A stretch of 64,000 nucleotides of DNA from the NCBI GenBank assembly GCA_947476535.1, contig CANJRC010000008.1, positions 845 to 64,844 on the forward strand. Direction: 5' to 3'. Below are positions 58,193 to 64,000 of this stretch, in pieces. Every line of letters starts with the position of its first letter. Position 1 is the first letter of the stretch. The notes under the pieces are model-generated. The model was not told the DNA's origin, did no database searches, and was given only the letters and a program-made list of their open reading frames with translations. The translations under genes were made by a program, and so were the position numbers. This DNA is from Betaproteobacteria bacterium. Lineage in GTDB: Bacteria; Pseudomonadota; Gammaproteobacteria; Burkholderiales; SG8-39.

Positions 58193-58972
58193 CTACTCCC
58201 CGGTGAACACCGGCTTGCGCTTGGCGAGAAACGCCGCGACGGCTTCTGCGTGGTCCTTGGTCGACATCAGCACCGGCTGGAAGTTCACCTCGGCTTGCAA
58301 CCCCTCCTCCAGCGAGCCGCTGCCCGTGGCCAGCGAAGCCTTGATCAGCGCCATGGCAAGCGGCGGATTCTCGGTGTAGCGGCGCGCCACCTCCATTGCC
58401 ACGCCCAGCGCCTGCCCGGGTTCGACCACGCGATTGGCGATACCGAGGCGCCCCGCTTCGACACCATCGATCTTGTCGCCGAGCATGGCCATTTCCGCCG
58501 CCTTGGCGGGGCTCACGCGCCGCTGCAGCGACCACAGCCCCGCGTAATCCGGGTGCAACCCGACCTTGACGAAGGCGCAACTCACCGTCGCGTTCGAGGC
58601 CATCACCACATAGTCACAGGCCATGGCCAGCGAGAGGCCGGCGCCGACGGCGAAGCCTTCGACCGCAGCGACCACGGGCTTTGGGCTTGCAATCACCAGG
58701 CGCACCAGTGCAGCCGACTTCTCGAAGCGCCGGCGGTTTTCCATTAGCGTTCCCTGACCCAGGGTGGTGATGTCCCCGCCCGAGGAAAACACGCCGGCCG
58801 CCCCGGTGAGGACGATGGCGCGGCAGCTGGCATCGTCGTTCAGCGAGGCGAACGCATCCCCGAGGCCAGCCTTGATCTCGGGCGACATGGCATTGCGCCG
58901 CTTCGGGTTGTTGATGGTGACGATGGCGATGGCGCCATCCCGGTTCATGAGCACTGGAGCATTCGATGTCAT
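58193..58972 (-). CDS. Enoyl-CoA hydratase/isomerase family protein
   Basis: FSSGGD, AAVEGFAVGAGLSLAMACD, FVKVGLHPD, AFLAKRKPVFTG. Confidence 0.9.
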   Translation of the reverse strand: MTSNAPVLMNRDGAIAIVTINNPKRRNAMSPEIKAGLGDAFASLNDDASCRAIVLTGAAGVFSSGGDITTLGQGTLMENRRRFEKSAALVRLVIASPKPVVAAVEGFAVGAGLSLAMACDYVVMASNATVSCAFVKVGLHPDYAGLWSLQRRVSPAKAAEMAMLGDKIDGVEAGRLGIANRVVEPGQALGVAMEVARRYTENPPLAMALIKASLATGSGSLEEGLQAEVNFQPVLMSTKDHAEAVAAFLAKRKPVFTGE

Positions 58973-59027
58973 TACGCGTAATCCCCTTTTTTCAATTCAG
59001 TTCGGCAATACCGTCCTGCGATTCGAT

Positions 59028-59771
59028 TCAATACTGATTGGGCACAATGTAGAGAGGGCCCTGCGGACGCGCGGCAGGATCGAAGGCGATCTTCAGCATA
59101 TGCCCGGCCACATGCGCCGGGCTGTTGAATTTCCCGAGCGCCGCGGCGCGCCGGTTGCTCTCCGATGCCGGCATGCGCTCGACCGGCATCGAACGCACCA
59201 CCGCCTGCGTGCCGCTGTCCACCATGCCCGGTGACAAGACCATCGCCACGATGCCAGCATCCTTCTCCTCCTCGGCCACTGCTTCGGTGAGCCGGTCGAT
59301 CGCCGCCTTAGATGACGAATAGGCCGACATACCAGCCCGCGCCTGGCGCGCCGCAGCCGACGACAGGTTGATCAACACCGACTCGGCCTCGCGCCGAGGC
59401 TGCCCGCGCACATGGCCGATGAAGGCGCGGGAGCCATGCACCACGCCCATGAGGTTGATCTGGTGGTTGCGGGCGAACGCCTTCAGGTCGAGATCGCGCA
59501 GCATGCCGATCGGCTCGACCACGCCGGCATTGTTCACCCAAAGGTCGATGCGCCCGAAGCGCTGCGCCACCTCCTCGGCGAAGCGAATAACCGCCGCCTC
59601 GTCGGCAACGTCCACGCTGCGCGACAGCACATTCGGCCCCTCCTCGAGCACCGGCGCGCGCCGTGAACACAGGCCCACCCGCATGCCCTGCTCGACGAAA
59701 TGGCGCGCCAGCCCGGCGCCGATGCCGCTGCTGGCGCCGGTAATGACGGCGACTTTCCCCTTGAGATCCAT
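59028..59771 (-). CDS. Short-chain dehydrogenase/reductase
   Basis: MDLKGKVAVITGASSGIG, NNAG, AYSSSK; the longer upstream extension of the ORF is antisense to 59844..60308. Confidence 0.88.
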   Translation of the reverse strand: MDLKGKVAVITGASSGIGAGLARHFVEQGMRVGLCSRRAPVLEEGPNVLSRSVDVADEAAVIRFAEEVAQRFGRIDLWVNNAGVVEPIGMLRDLDLKAFARNHQINLMGVVHGSRAFIGHVRGQPRREAESVLINLSSAAARQARAGMSAYSSSKAAIDRLTEAVAEEEKDAGIVAMVLSPGMVDSGTQAVVRSMPVERMPASESNRRAAALGKFNSPAHVAGHMLKIAFDPAARPQGPLYIVPNQY

Positions 59772-59843
59772 TGGCCCCTCCCCTTTGGTATGAACGCAAT
59801 ATACTTTGGCTTTCCCCAAATCACCAACTCGCAAGGACCCGCC

Positions 59844-60308
59844 ATGACCGCGAAGAACCTGCAGGACCTCTTGGACATAGAAGCCATTCGCAACACCGAA
59901 TCTGAATACTGCGAAGCCATCGACGAATTCGACCTCGAACGCGTGATCGCGACCTTCACCGAAGACTGCGTCACCGATTACGGTGCCGCCCGCGGTGGCG
60001 CCGAAGTCGGGCACGACGCGCTGCGCCGGCGCTGGCAGGGCCAGACCGGCGGCGCGAAGCACACCCATCATCAACTCGGGCAGGTACGCGTGGCGCTGCG
60101 CGGCGACGAGGCCGACTGCGTCGCCTACGCCATTGCCGACCACGAAAAGAAGGACGCCAGCCGCATCACCTTCCGCTACCAGTACCGCGACACGCTGCGC
60201 CGCACGCCGCAGGGCTGGCGCATTTCGCATCGCCGCCTGCTCTTCACCGTCGTGGATGGCGGGGCTGGGGATCGCGACTGGCTGGCGCGAAAGGACCCGC
60301 GCGCCTGA
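59844..60308 (+). CDS. NTF2-like/SnoaL-domain protein
   Basis: LLDIEAIRN...YCEAID...FTED...THHQLG...YRDTLRRTPQGWRISHR; AAGGA RBS. Confidence 0.85.
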   Translation: MTAKNLQDLLDIEAIRNTESEYCEAIDEFDLERVIATFTEDCVTDYGAARGGAEVGHDALRRRWQGQTGGAKHTHHQLGQVRVALRGDEADCVAYAIADHEKKDASRITFRYQYRDTLRRTPQGWRISHRRLLFTVVDGGAGDRDWLARKDPRA

Positions 60309-60317
60309 TGCGCCGTG

Positions 60318-60351
60318 CGACGGTGCCGAGGTAAAGGACTCGGCACCGTCG
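60318..60351. terminator. 13-bp perfect stem-loop after the SnoaL-domain gene (terminator or REP-like)
   Basis: CGACGGTGCCGAG-gtaaagga-CTCGGCACCGTCG; no clear U-tract. Confidence 0.5.
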
Positions 60352-60527
60352 ATATCCTGCAGTGGAGACCCATTCGCGCATCCCACTTGGTATATGATTC
60401 CCGCGCACCAGAATGTGTCGTGATCAAGGCCATTTCGCGCGGGACCGATTAACCGCTGCGTCACATCGCTGCGACCCCGAAAACGATGCTGCCATGGTTT
60501 TTTGAGCCCGCAGCCCTAGGAGATGCA

Positions 60528-61400
60528 ATGGCAGTCGGTTTCACCCTGTACAGCAACCGCCCCGAAGAAGTGGTGCCGATCTGCCAGCAGGCCGAAGCGC
60601 TCGGGTTCGAGGGCGTGTGGGTCGGCGACCACGTGGTCGCGCCCGAAGTCATGGGCATGGAGCACCCCTACTCCACGCGCGTACCCATGGTGCTCTCGGG
60701 CGACGAGCGCATGTACGACTCCTGGGTGACCATCGGCGCCATCATCGGCGCGACCACGCAGCTCATGGTCTCTTCAGGCGTGTACCTGCTGCCGCTGCGC
60801 CACCCCATCCTCACGGCACGCGCCTGTCTATCAGCACACAAGATGTCCGGCGGACGGTTTCGCTTCGGCGTGGGTGTGGGTTGGCTCGCCGACGAGTTCC
60901 AGGCCCTGGGCGTGCCCTTCAAGGAGCGGGCCAGGCACTTCGAGGAAATGCTGGACATCCTGCCCAAGCTCTTTGCTGGCAACGGCCCGGTGGCGCACGC
61001 AGGCCCACTGTATCCGTTCCCGTCCCTGCAATTGACCAAGGAGCCGGCGCGCATCCCCTTGCTCTTCGGCGGCACCAAGCTACCGGCCATCCGACGGGCG
61101 GCAATCCGTGGCGATGGCTGGTACGGCACCACGATTCCGCTTGAAGAATGCATTGCCATCAAGCAGGAAATCGAGCGCATCCGCCTGGAACATGGCCTGG
61201 ACAAGAAACCCTACGAATTCATCGGCCGCCCGGTCGGGCCCGTGACCAACGAGAACCTCGACCGCTACCGCGCCGCAGGATTTCACAACCTGGTGCTACC
61301 GTGGGAGTCCATTCATCCCTCCGGGCAGGCCGACATGTCGGTCGGCGGCAAGCTCAAATCCATGGAGCGCGTGGCCAGGACGCTGGGCCTAAAGCCCTGA
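60528..61400 (+). CDS. LLM-class oxidoreductase, probably F420-dependent
   Basis: AEALGFEGVWVGDHVV, LPLRHPIL, SGGRFRFGVGVGWLADEF, RAAIRGDGW; immediately upstream of fbiC. Confidence 0.85.
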   Translation: MAVGFTLYSNRPEEVVPICQQAEALGFEGVWVGDHVVAPEVMGMEHPYSTRVPMVLSGDERMYDSWVTIGAIIGATTQLMVSSGVYLLPLRHPILTARACLSAHKMSGGRFRFGVGVGWLADEFQALGVPFKERARHFEEMLDILPKLFAGNGPVAHAGPLYPFPSLQLTKEPARIPLLFGGTKLPAIRRAAIRGDGWYGTTIPLEECIAIKQEIERIRLEHGLDKKPYEFIGRPVGPVTNENLDRYRAAGFHNLVLPWESIHPSGQADMSVGGKLKSMERVARTLGLKP

Positions 61401-61424
61401 CCCTGACCCTGACGCTGACCCCGA
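61395..61424. repeat. Hexamer tandem repeat (CCCTGA x3 plus two degenerate units) starting at the LLM stop codon
   Basis: ccctga ccctga ccctga cgctga ccccga. Confidence 0.7.
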
Positions 61425-61439
61425 CGCCATCGCCACCTT

Positions 61440-63854
61440 ATGGGAAAGCCTGAATTGACCAACACCGCCACGCTCAGGGCGCACTTGCTGTCCGCCCCGC
61501 TCACGCAGTTGCTTGCCGAGGCATCGGCCCTGCGCGACCAGGGGCATGGCCACATCGTCAGCTACTCGCCCAAGGTCTTCATCCCGCTGACGCGCCTGTG
61601 CCGCGATGTCTGCCACTACTGCACCTTCGCCAAGTCACCGAGCAAGCTGGAAAAGCTCTACCTCGACCCCGAAGATGTGCTGGCCATTGCCCGCGCCGGG
61701 CAGGCTGCCGGCTGCCACGAGGCGCTGTTCACGCTGGGCGACAAGCCGGAACTGCGTTGGCGCGAGGCGCGCGAATGGCTCGACGCGCATGGCTATGCGA
61801 GCACCATCGATTACCTGGCCGCCATGTGCGCGCTGGTCCTGAAGGAAACGCAGTTGCTGCCGCATGCGAACCCTGGTGTGATGAGCCGTGAGGAACTGGC
61901 GAAACTACGCAAGGTATCGGCCAGCCAGGGTCTGATGCTGGAGACTGCGTCACCACGGCTCACCGAAAAAGGCCAGGTGCATTTCGGTTCACCGGACAAG
62001 GAACCTGCCGCTCGCCTGGAAACCATCCGGCTCGCCGGTGAACTGGCCATCCCCTACACCAGCGGCATCCTCATCGGCATCGGCGAGACGCGCGACGAGC
62101 GGATCGACTCGCTCATCGCGCTCAAGGACCTGCACGATCGCCATGGCCACGTGCAGGAAATCATCATCCAGAACTTCCGCGCCAAGGACGACACCAAGCT
62201 CGCCGGCGCGGACGAACCGGGACTCGCGGACCTGCAGTGGACCATCGCTGCCGCGCGCATCCTCTTCGGCGCGGCGATGAACATCCAGGCGCCGCCGAAC
62301 CTCAGCGCCAACGAATACCAGGAACTGATCGCCGCCGGCATCAACGACTGGGGTGGCGTGTCGCCGGTCACGGCCGACCATGTCAATCCGGAATGCGCCT
62401 GGCCCGCACTGGAGGCCCTGCGCATAGCCACCCATCGCCAGGGCAAAGTGCTGGTGCCGCGCCTGCCGGTGTATCCCGACTACCTCGAGGCCCGCTGGAT
62501 GGAGCCCGCCGTCTATACGCAGGCCCTGCGCGCCAGCGACGGCGAAAGATTCGCCCGCGAGGACACCTGGGTCGTCGGCACGCCCGACACACCGCGACTG
62601 CCCGCAGCGCTGGACCCGAATCACGGGGCGGCATCGTCGGTGGCCGCAATCATTGCCCGCGCACAGGATGGCAAGCGCCTCGAACTGAAAGAAGTGGAAA
62701 GCCTGTTCCGCGCGCGCGGGCGCGATTTCGAGCGCGTGTGCGCGGCAGCCGACGCGCTTCGCCAGGCAGCCAATGGCGACACCGTGAGCTACGTGGTCAA
62801 CCGCAACATCAACTACACCAATGTGTGCGGGTATCGCTGCCAGTTCTGCGCCTTCTCCAAGGGGCGCATGGCCGAGAGCCTGCGCGGCGACCCGTACGAC
62901 CTGCCGGTCGAGGAAGTGGTGCGCCGCGCACAGGAGGCCTGGGCGCGCGGCGCGACCGAAGTCTGCCTGCAGGGCGGCATCCATCCCGACTACACCGGGG
63001 AAACCTATCTGGCGATTTCCCGCGAGATCAAGGCGGCGCTGCCGGACATGCACATCCACGCCTTCTCGCCGCTGGAGGTCACCCAGGGCGCGAGCACGCT
63101 CGGCCTTGGCGTCGGCGAGTTCCTGCGCGAACTCTCGCAGGCGGGGCTTGCCACGCTGCCGGGTACCGCCGCGGAAATCCTCTGCGACGATGTGCGTGCC
63201 ATCCTGTGCCCGGACAAGATTTCCAGCGGCGCCTGGCTCTCCGTCATGGAGACGGCGCACCGCCTCGGCCTGCGCACCACGGCCACCATCATGTTCGGCC
63301 ACATGGAGCGCTATGAGCACTGGGCGCGGCACCTGCTCGCCGTCCGCGACCTGCAGGCATCCACCGGCGGCTTCACGGAATTCGTGCCCCTGCCCTTCGT
63401 CGCGGCTGAAGCCCCGCTGTTCATGAAGGGCCGGGCGCGGCGCGGACCGACGCTGCGCGAAGCGATTCTGATGCATGCCGTGGCGCGCCTCGCGTTGCAC
63501 CCGCTCATCCCCAACATCCAGGCCTCGTGGGTCAAGCTCGGCCCCGAAGGCGTAAAGCTCGCGCTCGCCGCGGGCGTCAACGACTTGGGTGGCACGCTGA
63601 TGAACGAGAGCATCTCACGCGCCGCTGGCTCCCAACACGGCCAGGAAATGCCGCCCGAGGCGATGGACGAATTGATCCGCTCGATCGGCCGTGTGCCACG
63701 CCAGCGCTCCACGCTGTATGGCTCGCCGGCCGCGGAGCAGGTGGCGCACAGCTACGGTGCAGCACCGCTCACCAAGACCGTGGAACCGCGGGCCGGGAAA
63801 TTCGCCCGTACCGGCTCCACGCGATCCAAGACTTTTCAATTGACGCAGGCATAG
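61440..63854 (+). CDS. fbiC: FO synthase (CofG-CofH fusion), F420 biosynthesis
   Basis: Two radical-SAM motifs (LTRLCRDVCHYCTF; NRNINYTNVCGYRCQFCAF), YSPKVFIPL, GINDWGGVSP, GVNDLGGTLMNESISRAAG. Confidence 0.95.
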   Translation: MGKPELTNTATLRAHLLSAPLTQLLAEASALRDQGHGHIVSYSPKVFIPLTRLCRDVCHYCTFAKSPSKLEKLYLDPEDVLAIARAGQAAGCHEALFTLGDKPELRWREAREWLDAHGYASTIDYLAAMCALVLKETQLLPHANPGVMSREELAKLRKVSASQGLMLETASPRLTEKGQVHFGSPDKEPAARLETIRLAGELAIPYTSGILIGIGETRDERIDSLIALKDLHDRHGHVQEIIIQNFRAKDDTKLAGADEPGLADLQWTIAAARILFGAAMNIQAPPNLSANEYQELIAAGINDWGGVSPVTADHVNPECAWPALEALRIATHRQGKVLVPRLPVYPDYLEARWMEPAVYTQALRASDGERFAREDTWVVGTPDTPRLPAALDPNHGAASSVAAIIARAQDGKRLELKEVESLFRARGRDFERVCAAADALRQAANGDTVSYVVNRNINYTNVCGYRCQFCAFSKGRMAESLRGDPYDLPVEEVVRRAQEAWARGATEVCLQGGIHPDYTGETYLAISREIKAALPDMHIHAFSPLEVTQGASTLGLGVGEFLRELSQAGLATLPGTAAEILCDDVRAILCPDKISSGAWLSVMETAHRLGLRTTATIMFGHMERYEHWARHLLAVRDLQASTGGFTEFVPLPFVAAEAPLFMKGRARRGPTLREAILMHAVARLALHPLIPNIQASWVKLGPEGVKLALAAGVNDLGGTLMNESISRAAGSQHGQEMPPEAMDELIRSIGRVPRQRSTLYGSPAAEQVAHSYGAAPLTKTVEPRAGKFARTGSTRSKTFQLTQA

Positions 63855-63863
63855 ACAGGGAAC

Positions 63864-64000
63864 ATGGCAAAGACAATCGCAGTACTGGGGGGCACGGGTG
63901 CCGAAGGTGGCGGACTGGCAGTTCGCTGGGCCAACGCCGGTTACAAGGTGATCCTCGGCTCGCGCTCCAAGGAACGCGCCGATGCGTCGGCGGCGCAGAT
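63864..64000 (+). CDS. npdG: NADPH-dependent F420 reductase, 5' part only
   Basis: Hand translation [39 protein letters not shown] has the GGTG..G.GLA.RW and GSR Fno signature; follows fbiC. Confidence 0.85.
   Translation, partial: MAKTIAVLGGTGAEGGGLAVRWANAGYKVILGSRSKERADASAAQ

Noticed and set aside
59772-60464. 478-aa ORF suggesting an SDR fusion
   Set aside because: The extra N-terminus is antisense to the SnoaL-domain gene; the SDR has its own GAGGGG RBS and ATG at 59771.
1-64000. CRISPR arrays, tRNA/rRNA genes, IS elements, sel genes and further Sec-recoded genes
   Set aside because: None seen by eye; the AhpD-like genes use Cys codons. Small RNAs could be missed without covariance searches.

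Overview
A GC-rich, probably betaproteobacterial chromosome segment (inferred from the lolD-lolC/E-[PGM-like]-recJ gene order and many Bug/TctC solute receptors) with three parts. (1) Left backbone, 1-10188: enoyl-CoA hydratase and 3-hydroxyacyl-CoA dehydrogenase, folD, an internally deleted methyltransferase pseudogene, a TPR/GT41 O-GlcNAc-transferase-like gene, lolD, lolC/E and recJ. (2) A ~47-kb catabolic island bounded by a direct repeat of the recJ 3' end (25-bp exact core at 10133-10157 and 57361-57385), with no recognisable integrase. It carries six Bug receptors in three paralog pairs, flavin monooxygenases, a hydantoinase/oxoprolinase pair, acyl-CoA enzymes and AhpD/CMD proteins. Its most notable feature is a GrdB/PrdB-family gene (16283-15030, minus strand) that the ORF track splits at an in-frame TGA. 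The TGA lies in a UxxC motif and is followed 11 nt later by a SECIS-like hairpin, so this is very likely a 417-aa selenoprotein, apparently co-transcribed with the hydantoinase/oxoprolinase genes and lacking its usual Grd/Prd partners in the window. (3) Right flank: ccdAB and an F420 cluster (F420-type LLM oxidoreductase, fbiC, start of an NADPH:F420 oxidoreductase). All family calls come from motif recognition by eye; no searches were run.
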